This document shows positions 55,542 to 64,000 of a DNA stretch of 64,000 bases, piece after piece (the first letter of the stretch is position 1; each line of letters opens with the position of its first letter). Location: the NCBI GenBank assembly GCA_050290185.1, contig JBNKHE010000004.1, positions 244,409 through 308,408 of the forward strand. Direction: 5' to 3'. The notes under the pieces are model-generated. The model was not told where the DNA came from. It made no database searches and saw nothing but the letters and a program-made list of their open reading frames with translations. The position numbers were made by a program, and so were the translations under genes. This DNA is from Pontiella sp. Lineage in GTDB: Bacteria > Verrucomicrobiota > Kiritimatiellia > Kiritimatiellales > Pontiellaceae.

Positions 55542-56414
55542 ATGCCGAATTTTATAAACCTTTTTTTAACCATGCTGGCCCCCATGATCTGGGGATCCAC
55601 CTATCTGGTGACCAGCGAATGGCTGCCCCAGGGATATCCCATTACGGTGGCCATGCTGCGCGCATTGCCGGCGGGCCTGCTTCTACTGGCGTTCCTGCGT
55701 CAATGGCCGAAAGGACGACAGCTGTTCCAGGTGATTATCCTGGGCGCACTGAACTTTACCGTGTTCTGGATCTGCCTGTTTATTTCAGCCTACCGGTTGC
55801 CGGGCGGGGTGGCCGCCACCTTGGGCGCCGTCCAGCCGCTGATCGTGATCGGCCTCACCTACGCCCTGTTTAACGAGGACTTTACCATCCGCTTCTTTTT
55901 TCCAGCGCTTGCCGGAATCGTTGGCGTGGCACTGCTTGTACTAAAATCAACGGTCGCCCTCGACGGCATCGGCATCTTCGCGGCCCTGCTTGGCGCCGCC
56001 TCGATGGCCGTGGGCACAGTACTGAGCAAGAAATGGCGCAACGACACCCCATTGCTGACTTTTACGGGCTGGCAGCTGACGGCAGGCGGCCTGTTGCTCC
56101 TCCCCTTGTCCCTGTTTTTTGAGCCGAACTTTCCGTCCTTGACCCTGCACAATGTTTTCGGGCTGGTCTGGCTTGGCCTCGTCGGCGCGCTCCTGTCCTA
56201 TATCCTCTGGTTCCGCGGCGTCGCCCGGTTGGGTACGGTCCAGATTTCCTCCTTTGGCTTTTTAAGCCCGCTTACCGCGATTGTGCTGGGCTGGCTGGTC
56301 CTGGGGCAACGCCTGTCGCTCTTCCAGATCGCAGGCGCGATCATCATTCTCATCAGCATCATTACCATCAACAAAACAGGAGTAAAAAAACATGCAAACG
56401 CTAGAAGCCATTAA
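55542..56414 (+). CDS. pecM: EamA/DMT exporter (PecM-like)
   Basis: LAP.IWGSTY.VT; RALPAG; AYRLPGGVAAT; GWQL.AGG. Confidence 0.88.
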   Translation: MPNFINLFLTMLAPMIWGSTYLVTSEWLPQGYPITVAMLRALPAGLLLLAFLRQWPKGRQLFQVIILGALNFTVFWICLFISAYRLPGGVAATLGAVQPLIVIGLTYALFNEDFTIRFFFPALAGIVGVALLVLKSTVALDGIGIFAALLGAASMAVGTVLSKKWRNDTPLLTFTGWQLTAGGLLLLPLSLFFEPNFPSLTLHNVFGLVWLGLVGALLSYILWFRGVARLGTVQISSFGFLSPLTAIVLGWLVLGQRLSLFQIAGAIIILISIITINKTGVKKHANARSH

Positions 56415-56994
56415 AGCCCGAAGGTCCGTTAAATACTATGATCCGGATTTTGAAATGCCGCAGCAGGATATCGATACCCTGCTGGAGCACATGCTTGAGG
56501 CCCCCACCTCGTTCAATATCCAGCACTGGCGCATTGTCAGGGTCGAGGATAAAGCCTTGCGCGCCCAAATCCGCGAAGCCGCCTGGGACCAGGCGCAGGT
56601 CACGGATGCCTCCCTGTTGGTTGTGCTGTGTGCCGATATCAAAGCATGGGAAAAAGATCCCGCGCAATACTGGAAAAACGCCGAGGCCGAAACACAGGAA
56701 ATGATCCTGCCAATGATCCGGAATTTCTATGAAGGAAAAGAGCAGTTGCAACGGGACGAGGCCCTGCGCTCCGTCGGCATTATCGCGCAAACCGCCATGC
56801 TTGCCGCCAAATCAATGGGCTACGATTCCTGCCCGATGATCGGCTTTGACTCCCAAAAAGTCGCCGAACTCATCAACCTGCCGGAAAACCATGTCGTCGG
56901 CATGATGCTCACCATCGGAAAAGGGACCAAACCCGCCTGGCCGAAACCCGGACAGCTCCCCACCGAAAAAGTCCTGATCCGCAATACGTTCTAA
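56392..56994 (+). CDS. Nitroreductase family protein
   Basis: RRSVK; APTSFNIQHW; GYDSCPMIGFD. Confidence 0.93.
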   Translation: MQTLEAIKARRSVKYYDPDFEMPQQDIDTLLEHMLEAPTSFNIQHWRIVRVEDKALRAQIREAAWDQAQVTDASLLVVLCADIKAWEKDPAQYWKNAEAETQEMILPMIRNFYEGKEQLQRDEALRSVGIIAQTAMLAAKSMGYDSCPMIGFDSQKVAELINLPENHVVGMMLTIGKGTKPAWPKPGQLPTEKVLIRNTF

Positions 56995-57189
56995 AGGCAC
57001 CGGCAGGAGACGGCCCAAAGCGGCTTCGCAACATTGTGATTAAACGTTCGCTTTAGGTCAGCTCATCCCGCTGCAAATCACGAATACGCTCCCGCTTCCC
57101 TCCGGGTAAGCGGGAGCTGCAATGTGGAGTACATATGGCGCGCAAACCGCTTCAAGTGCCTGCCATGCGCCTGCCATGCGCCTGCAATG

Positions 57190-57504
57190 TCATGCAGCAA
57201 ACGTATTAAAATCCTCACCAGGTATGTTCGTGTTTTCGGCATCGGAACAGGAATCCAGAAATTCCAAAAGCGCATCCATGGCGGCGGCCGCATCATGTCC
57301 GACTACCGAGATCTCCACTAAATCCCCATGCTTGATGCCCAGAATCAGCAGTTCAAAAATACTGCATGCATCCGCCCGGTCCCCTGCCAGTGAAAACGTG
57401 ACCTCCGACCCATAGGAGCGGGCGATCCCGGCCACGATGGAAGCAGGCCGCATATGCAACCCGAATGGTTTGTTGTATATGATTGTTTGTTCGATCCGCT
57501 TCAT
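57190..57504 (-). CDS. HPr family phosphocarrier protein
   Basis: GLHMRPA; ADACSIFELL.LG. Confidence 0.88.
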   Translation of the reverse strand: MKRIEQTIIYNKPFGLHMRPASIVAGIARSYGSEVTFSLAGDRADACSIFELLILGIKHGDLVEISVVGHDAAAAMDALLEFLDSCSDAENTNIPGEDFNTFAA

Positions 57505-57861
57505 CTATGGCCTCCAATGGGTTCTTAGGGTGAACGCCTCCCGGCATCACAACGCCCCCACTTAAGCACTTCATTTTATCTTCAAAAGAGGGTTAATCAA
57601 TAAACTTCTCTGTGGGGATTTTCCCCACAAGAAATCGCAAACAGGATCATCCCACTTGACGATGAAACGTGGTGACGCGCCGCTGAGTGAATTATTGTAT
57701 CGGCTGCATCCTGCGGGCCTTGAATCTCACAGCCACAGCACCCGAGACGAAGTCGAGAGAGGCCGCCATCGGCAGTAATGACGCGGAACTAAATGGCAAA
57801 CTTCGCCATTCCCGAATCCAAGTTAATAACGGAAATCGGCCATTTCCGGATTGAGGAGAAT

Positions 57862-57903
57862 AAAAAAGACCCGGAATCCGTTATGGATCCGGGTCTTTGT
57901 TTT
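57862..57903 (-). terminator. Intrinsic terminator
   Basis: AAAAAAGACCCGGA..TCCGGGTCTTTGTTTT. Confidence 0.8.
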
Positions 57904-57928
57904 GCAATGCCATCGGCACGCAGGCGAA

Positions 57929-58570
57929 CTATTCGCCAATGATGGCCTGAACGGCTGCCTTGATTTCATCATTCTGGCAGTTGGCGTAGAAGTATTCCTT
58001 GAACTTCGGGCCGGCGATGGCGCCCTTCAGCAGGTCCTGATCCAGGTTTTTCAGAATGGTCAGCATGTCGGTATGCGTGACTTTCTTTACCTCGCTCAGG
58101 ATGTCGCGGTTCTTGGCCATAATGGCCGCGCGCTCTTTCGGGTAGCCCAGCCCCATTTCCATGCTGAACAGTTTTTCGAAGATATACTCCAGGTTCAGCT
58201 CGGCCGCCCAGCCAAAGCCCTTGGCATACGGCATGGCCAGCGCATTGCCGGCATTGATCTGGGCGAACGTAAAGGCATCCACCGGATCCTGGGCATGACC
58301 GCAAACCACGCCCGGAAACGAATTCAGCGCCAGCATGGCCCCCGCACCGGTACCGCATCCGGTAACCACAAAATCGGCCGCGCCGGAATTCAGCAGGATG
58401 GCTGCCAGGATCCCGTTCTGAACATACGTCAGCTGCTCCGCGTCCTCCGCCGAATACATGCCATAGTTGAACACTTCATGGCCCATTGGTTCGACGACTT
58501 TTTTAAGCGCCGCTTCAACAATACAGTTTTTAGCCGCCTGGCTGTTTTCGTTAATCAAAGCAATTTTCAT
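57929..58570 (-). CDS. RpiB/LacA/LacB-family isomerase (DhuI-like uronate ketol-isomerase)
   Basis: MKIALINENSQAAKN; TGCGTGAGA; FAQIN.GNA; KGFGWAAELNL; GYP.ER. Confidence 0.85.
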   Translation of the reverse strand: MKIALINENSQAAKNCIVEAALKKVVEPMGHEVFNYGMYSAEDAEQLTYVQNGILAAILLNSGAADFVVTGCGTGAGAMLALNSFPGVVCGHAQDPVDAFTFAQINAGNALAMPYAKGFGWAAELNLEYIFEKLFSMEMGLGYPKERAAIMAKNRDILSEVKKVTHTDMLTILKNLDQDLLKGAIAGPKFKEYFYANCQNDEIKAAVQAIIGE

Positions 58571-58767
58571 GTTTTTCACCTCATTTTTGTATTACTTGTT
58601 CCAGAAAGCGCCACACCATGAATCAATGCCGCGGCGGTGTGCAACCCCGAATCCCGCTAAGTTGGGCTGGTTTAGGTTGCAGGGCGTGCCTCCCGAAGAG
58701 GGCGGGCTTGTCGGGTTGGTGAAAACGGCTTCACATAGTGCCATTCAGGACCGACCCTTTAGACGTC

Positions 58768-58799
58768 AAAAGCGGCGCCGGATGCTTCCGGTGCCGCTT
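58768..58799 (-). terminator. Intrinsic terminator
   Basis: AAAAGCGGCGCCGGA..TCCGGTGCCGCTT. Confidence 0.7.
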
Positions 58800-58825
58800 C
58801 GCACGAATAGGCGGAATACCGCGGA

Positions 58826-59710
58826 TTAGAGGTTGATTGTCACATCGGCCGTGACGCGGTAGTCCATCAAGCCTTGTTCCTTGTCGGTCAGCGGAAATTC
58901 ATAGGCCGCACCCACGGAGATCTTTTTGTCGACAACGTAACGGCAGCCAAGCGCCAAGGTGGCAAAGTTGTTTCCATCCGCGTTGGCCGCGCCGAGGTTG
59001 ATCAAGTCACCGCCCTCGAAATTGGCCACGGCAGGAACAGCGCCGCCCACGTGGTCGTCGAACCGATTGCCGCCATCGCCTGCATCCAGAGTGTAGAAAT
59101 CGTTCAGTTCGATTACCGGATGAATGGCTTCGGTGAGGGCATAGCTGACATGGATGGCGTAGTAAAGCTCGTCCGATTGCTCGCTATCCAGCCCCACCTG
59201 GGCGCCGAACGTTCCGCCGAGCTGCCAGTTGTCAACAAGGGAGGCGCAGGTAACTGCCGGAGCAATCAACCCGTTGCCGTTCCCCTGGAAGGATTTGTCG
59301 TCGCCGATGGGGAGTTCGGCCACGGCACGGGCGGACACCACGGTTTTCTCGTTTTGCAGCAAAACATATTTCAATCCGGCGGCGAGGTCGGCCATCCCCT
59401 CGGTTTTGGCCAGCGTTGCATCGGGGTTGAGATCCACATACCCATCCTTGACCGCAATCAGTGAAAGGCGCTTGGCCAGCGGGATCTCGAATTGCAACGC
59501 ATAGACTTCCACATCCCCGCCAGCGGGAACCTTGCCCAATTGCGTATCGAGCTTCTTGGGGAGGGCGTGGTACATGAAGATGGGATGCACGGACAGTTCC
59601 GTAGCCGCTGGCCCATGCCAGACCGGATTGCTGATCGGCCGGATGAAATCCTGTGCGGATGCAATGCTGGCTCCTGCGAGCAATGAGATGGCAATAATGG
59701 TGTTACGCAT
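58826..59710 (-). CDS. Outer-membrane beta-barrel (SphA/MetA-pathway transporter-like)
   Basis: Signal peptide; G.ADLAAGLKY; ELPIGD; alternating strands to the C-terminus. Confidence 0.75.
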   Translation of the reverse strand: MRNTIIAISLLAGASIASAQDFIRPISNPVWHGPAATELSVHPIFMYHALPKKLDTQLGKVPAGGDVEVYALQFEIPLAKRLSLIAVKDGYVDLNPDATLAKTEGMADLAAGLKYVLLQNEKTVVSARAVAELPIGDDKSFQGNGNGLIAPAVTCASLVDNWQLGGTFGAQVGLDSEQSDELYYAIHVSYALTEAIHPVIELNDFYTLDAGDGGNRFDDHVGGAVPAVANFEGGDLINLGAANADGNNFATLALGCRYVVDKKISVGAAYEFPLTDKEQGLMDYRVTADVTINL

Positions 59711-60217
59711 ACGTATGGTCTCCTTAGTTTTGGTTTTCAGGCCCGGCACGGCTGTGAAGTCCCCCTTCTCAACCCCAACATGGCAAAGCCCTTACTAATA
59801 AGTTGCCGTAAATACGTACAACTCGTCAAGGGATTGTCGCATTTAAATACCTATTTATGATGCGTGTTTACTCGATGCGGTTGGCGCAAGGCTTTCCCTG
59901 GGTATTTTTAGAGGAATTGCCCCCTTTTTCCCCGGAAGGGAAGCCTGTTGGTTTTAGTCATTTATCCTTTGCTGACAGGCAGATACCTCGACAATACGCT
60001 CGTTATAACGTCTAAGACCCATAGAAAGCTCATCTATGCCTCTAACAAGTCGATTCAAGAACAGCTTATAAAGCGCCAGCGACAGATGCTGCTTGCCCGT
60101 ACTATTCGCGACTTTAAGAATCTTTTTCCCATAGCGCGCTCCATGAAGCGGGAACAGTCCTGATTTTTAGGGTTCGCGTGTTGGGTATACACTGGCAGGC
60201 CGCTCCGACTAGGTCCC

Positions 60218-60429
60218 CTATCGCCACGCCAATGAATGCTCGATGCGCGCAGAAACCATGCATTCCGCATCCTGCCCGAAGCACGGTTGACCGCTTTTGG
60301 GATACTCGATTTCCGTCCGGTCGCCGTAGCAACAGATCTGCCCCATATCGACCACCGGATAGCTGACATTGACACCGTATGCGGCACATGCCGCCAGCCC
60401 CACGTCCCACTGATAACCATCGTTTTCAT
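60218..60429 (-). pseudogene. Frameshifted, truncated N-terminal fragment of a DUF1566(Lcl)-type secreted protein
   Basis: RBS+MKTMVISG in one frame, then YPVVDMGQICCY..EI.YP..G..FGQDA in another; homology ends abruptly. Confidence 0.6.
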
Positions 60430-60565
60430 CCGCGACTCCTTTCTCTCAGGTACGGTAGTCACATAACAACCGGAACCTTAAGTGAGATGAACCTCGTGAA
60501 TCATGTCCGAATTTCTGACAGGGTCACAGGACCGCCCCAGGATAACCCGATAAACTTCTGGATTA

Positions 60566-60579
60566 TTGACGGGGATCAA
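60566..60579. promoter_or_regulatory. FNR/Crp-family box upstream of nrfH
   Basis: TTGAC-GGGG-ATCAA vs TTGAT-N4-ATCAA. Confidence 0.6.
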
Positions 60580-60696
60580 GTTTTTTTCCCCATAGATCCT
60601 TAAACTGCACCTTCAAGTTAAAGGTAAGTCAGAGCCGCTGAGATGGATCATGGAAAGTCACATGCATGTATGCGCCTGCCGTTGTGAGGATAGGGA

Positions 60697-61206
60697 ATGC
60701 CACCAAATAAGATTGTAATATTAGCCATTCTGCTAGGGCTGCTACTTGGAACCGGAGCCTTTACCTTCAGGTATGCCAAGGGCTTTTCCTACTTCAGCAC
60801 CGATCCTAAAGCCTGCGCAAACTGTCATATCATGACCCCGCAGTATGATTCATGGCAGAAATCGAGCCATCACACCGTGGCCGGTTGCGTTGACTGTCAC
60901 CTGCCGCATACCTTCTTCGCCAAATACATGGCGAAGGCCGAAAACGGCTACCACCACTCCAAGGGATTTACACTCCAGGATTTTCACGAACCGATCATGA
61001 TCAAGGAGAAGAACAGTCGTATTCTCCAACACAACTGCGTGAGTTGCCATGAAGACATGGTCCATGAAGTGTTTAAGCGGGATATCACAGATCCAGATGC
61101 GGTGAGCTGCATTCATTGCCATGCCTCAGTCGGCCATGGCGGGCTGCCCACAGGCATCGGCGGAGCCGACAAAGGGATTGAAAACGAAAGGGAAGGCCAT
61201 GAGTGA
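60697..61206 (+). CDS. nrfH: Cytochrome c nitrite reductase small subunit
   Basis: TM; CANCH, CVDCH, CVSCH, CIHCH; KAENGY.HS. Confidence 0.93.
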   Translation: MPPNKIVILAILLGLLLGTGAFTFRYAKGFSYFSTDPKACANCHIMTPQYDSWQKSSHHTVAGCVDCHLPHTFFAKYMAKAENGYHHSKGFTLQDFHEPIMIKEKNSRILQHNCVSCHEDMVHEVFKRDITDPDAVSCIHCHASVGHGGLPTGIGGADKGIENEREGHE

Positions 61207-62626
61207 CATCAAAAAGAGAACGGTGGGCAGCGGGATATTTGTTGCCGTAGTTATAATTACAGCCCTTGCGGCGGCTGGCATAAGTGCCCTCCTGGTAAAT
61301 ATTGCCGAGCGCAAAAGCGAGGCCGCAAACCCGTATGTTCGACTGGTTGAGGTTGATGAGGATACGACCGATCCGGCCATCTGGGGCAAGAACTGGCCCA
61401 AGCAGTATGATTCCTACAAACGCACAGCCATAACGACCCACACCCGTTTTGGAGGACACGGCGGAAGCGAGGCTCTACCGGAAGAGAAAATCGAACGGGA
61501 CCCCTGGCTGAAACGCATGTTCCTCGGGTATGCCTTCTCCATCGATTACCGGGATCGCCGTGGACATGCATACATGCTGCAGGATCAGGAGCAGACCGAA
61601 CGGCAGACGAAACCGCAGTCCGGATCCTGCATGCACTGCCATGCCTCGATCATGCCGGTATACCGTGAACTGGGCGATGGAGATGCCCTTGCGGGAATGA
61701 ATAAAACCCATTCGATGGCGTATCAGGAACTCAACAAGATGGTGCACGACATGGATCATGCCCATCCGGTATCCTGCGTAGACTGCCATAGTCCGGAAGA
61801 CATGCAGCTGAGGGTAACCCGTCCGGCCTTCATCGTCGGCATCCAGAAGCTGGCCGAATCGGATGCCCCCGTTCCTGCCATACCCTCCATTGATATCTGG
61901 AGGCAGGGTCCCCGCTCACAGCCATACGATCCGAATGTCGATGCCACCCGTGGAGAGATGCGGTCCTTCGTGTGTGGTCAGTGCCATGTGGAATATTACT
62001 GTTCCTCCAAATTTCCACTCACCTTCCCGTGGGGTAACGGGCTGAAGATGGAAGATGAAGAAAAGTTCTGGAATGAGCTCACGATGGATGATGGACATCG
62101 CTTCTACGACTACAAGCACAAGGAATCCGGTGCCGAAATACTGAAAACCCAGCATCCGGAGTTCGAGCTGTGGAGTCAGGGTATCCATGCCCGCAGCGGT
62201 GTTGCCTGTGCGGACTGCCACATGCCGTACCAACGCGACGGTGCTTCCAAAGTATCCGATCACTGGGTTCGCAGTCCGCTGCTGAATGTCAACCGGGCCT
62301 GCCAGCCATGTCATCACATCGCTGAATCGGAAATCCTTGCCCGGGTGGACTCCATACAAGAAAAGAACTTTGATCTGCTGCAGCGTGCCGGAACGGCCCT
62401 CATGGACCTGCTGGATGCAGTCAACGCGGCAAAAGCAGCCGGAGCGACCGATGAACAGCTCAAGCCTGCGTTGGAACTGCAGCGCAAGGCCCAGTGGCGG
62501 CTCGACTACATTGCCGCCGAAAATTCCATGGGTTTCCATGCGCCTCAGGAAGCCGCCCGCATTCTCGGCGAATCCGCTGATTATGCACGGCAAGGGCAGA
62601 TTGAAGCGATGAAGTTGGTTAAGTAA
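61199..62626 (+). CDS. nrfA: Ammonia-forming cytochrome c nitrite reductase (CXXCH heme-1 variant)
   Basis: RGH; five [29 protein letters not shown]. Confidence 0.95.
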   Translation: MSDIKKRTVGSGIFVAVVIITALAAAGISALLVNIAERKSEAANPYVRLVEVDEDTTDPAIWGKNWPKQYDSYKRTAITTHTRFGGHGGSEALPEEKIERDPWLKRMFLGYAFSIDYRDRRGHAYMLQDQEQTERQTKPQSGSCMHCHASIMPVYRELGDGDALAGMNKTHSMAYQELNKMVHDMDHAHPVSCVDCHSPEDMQLRVTRPAFIVGIQKLAESDAPVPAIPSIDIWRQGPRSQPYDPNVDATRGEMRSFVCGQCHVEYYCSSKFPLTFPWGNGLKMEDEEKFWNELTMDDGHRFYDYKHKESGAEILKTQHPEFELWSQGIHARSGVACADCHMPYQRDGASKVSDHWVRSPLLNVNRACQPCHHIAESEILARVDSIQEKNFDLLQRAGTALMDLLDAVNAAKAAGATDEQLKPALELQRKAQWRLDYIAAENSMGFHAPQEAARILGESADYARQGQIEAMKLVK

Positions 62627-63112
62627 TCGTGCCCGCAATCCAGCAGGCACAACCTTAGACGAAGATTAAGGCCGGATTTTTTTCACGACAGAGAACATCG
62701 ACGGATCAAAGCCACGGTTCAATAACGACCGTTGAGAGTGGTTCAAGCTCCCCAAGAAAACATCCGTTGCCGCGATTCACTTGTCCGCCCTAGCTTTGGC
62801 GGTGGCGGATGATCGTGTTGATCAGGCTCTGTGTTTCCACTCGCTGCACTCATTGCTTTGCTTTAGCAAAGCCCGTCTCCCTGCGGTCGGCTCGGACGGT
62901 CATAGGATCGTCCCCGCACCTTCAGATGGTACCATGTACGGGCCGACCCTTGTCCCGGGCAGACCCCTGTCCGGGAGTTTCATTTGGCACTGCTCATCGT
63001 TCAATATTGCCGATTGCTAAACATCTAATCACAAATAACATGGGTGTATGTGTACCATCTGGATCCATCGATGTTATCTGGATGGCAAAAAACAAAAAAT
63101 GATGAGGCAAAA

Positions 63113-63850
63113 ATGAAGAATAAAAAAATAATGGTTGTTGGCTTGATGGTTGTGTTGGCGTTGTCCCCCATGGCCCATGCCGTGTTGATGATCACCAACG
63201 GTGACTTTGAGTCGGGGACCCCCGATTCCGCCAATATCGACTCTTGGTTCGACCAAGACACATCCGCCGGCGCTGCCGGATCTGTGGACCAGCCGGTCGC
63301 TACGTATAATCGCTATTTGAGCGGCCCGGGGACCACGGCTGCGCTTTTGGGTGACGGCCTTGATGGCTTTGGTCTGGGAGGAGGGCCCGCGGGTGTCGGA
63401 AACCGCTATCTCTATCAGTCCATCGGAACGAAAGAAGACGGTGTCGATTACTCTGTTTCGTTTGATTACGCGCAGGATTTCACTGGCTTCAGCGGTCCAA
63501 ACCGTGCGGTAGGTATCAAGGTGGACATTTATCAGGGGACGTTTGCCGGTGCGACTGATGATGTTGACATCGAAGGTCAAGGACTGACATTGATTACGTC
63601 GTTCCAGACACCAACCACGTCATTGGTTGATACATTTGTAAACTACAACAGCGGCGTGTTGGACCTTTCCTCTGCCAACACAACGGATGCACTGTGGATT
63701 CGCGTTTCCAACCTCCCGGGAGCAGGTTCCGATAATTTTTCGATGGCGACCGTCGATAACATCCAGATCATTCCGGAACCTGCCACGCTCGGCCTGGTTG
63801 GTTTGTTCGGCGCAGGCATTCTGTTTGTCCGTCGCCGCATCATGATGTGA
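63113..63850 (+). CDS. PEP-CTERM sorting-domain protein
   Basis: Signal peptide; ITNGDFE; IPEPATLGLVGLFGAGILFVRRR. Confidence 0.92.
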   Translation: MKNKKIMVVGLMVVLALSPMAHAVLMITNGDFESGTPDSANIDSWFDQDTSAGAAGSVDQPVATYNRYLSGPGTTAALLGDGLDGFGLGGGPAGVGNRYLYQSIGTKEDGVDYSVSFDYAQDFTGFSGPNRAVGIKVDIYQGTFAGATDDVDIEGQGLTLITSFQTPTTSLVDTFVNYNSGVLDLSSANTTDALWIRVSNLPGAGSDNFSMATVDNIQIIPEPATLGLVGLFGAGILFVRRRIMM

Positions 63851-64000
63851 TACCGCGGCCGCATACTATCCGGTAAAGCAAGTTGGTCTATTGCTTGCCG
63901 GTCCGCTTGCCGCGGAAAACAGGAACGGGGTCAGTAAACATGAAAGGCGGAAAACCTCCAAGACGCGTTGATTAACCCGTCATATAATCAATGAGGCACC

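Noticed and set aside
60040..60062. Isolated attC-like start (CTCTAACAAGTCGATTCAAG)
   Set aside because: No complementary right arm or GTT core found.
62983..63000. sigma54 promoter for the PEP-CTERM gene (TTGGCAC...)
   Set aside because: The -12 position reads CG, not GC.
62650..63040. Riboswitch or ncRNA upstream of the PEP-CTERM gene
   Set aside because: GC-rich hairpins are possible, but I recognise no family motif or terminator.
14063..63864. Numerous antisense/overlapping ORFs in the six-frame track (e.g. 34092-34961, 37945-38760, 57851-58621, 61916-62650)
   Set aside because: Shadow ORFs of well-supported genes in GC-rich DNA, with no motifs.

Overview
Bacterial chromosomal window. 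The organism is probably Kiritimatiellota or another PVC-superphylum member (Pontiella-like); this is inferred from the PEP-CTERM proteins, the STK-ECF pair, the TSP3-repeat giant protein and the CXXCH-type NrfA. Positions 1-14.1 kb are the AT-rich distal end of an integron cassette array: 20 co-oriented ORF cassettes, 20 complete attC sites and 3 partial ones, with no integrase in the window. The GC-richer backbone then carries fetAB-like genes, NAD kinase, an S8 protease, a CDF transporter, a 1.1-kaa aromatic beta-hairpin-repeat lipoprotein and pyrK/pyrD. Next is a Ser/Thr kinase-ECF sigma operon bracketed by two paralogous putative sRNA genes, each with an ECF-type promoter. A type IV pilus/T2SS-like locus follows: pilMNOPQ plus a 1898-aa protease, pilB-pilC-truncated pilS-pilR, and pilA with two GT-C enzymes and an LTA-synthase-like enzyme, with four sigma54 promoters. 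The window ends with pecS/pecM/nitroreductase, HPr, a DhuI-like isomerase, an OM barrel, nrfHA and a PEP-CTERM gene. The best candidate for an undescribed system is 26.37-29.58 kb: a bacterial kinase with a WNK-like relocation of the catalytic lysine, an ECF sigma factor, and twin structured sRNAs. All family assignments are by eye; no searches were run.
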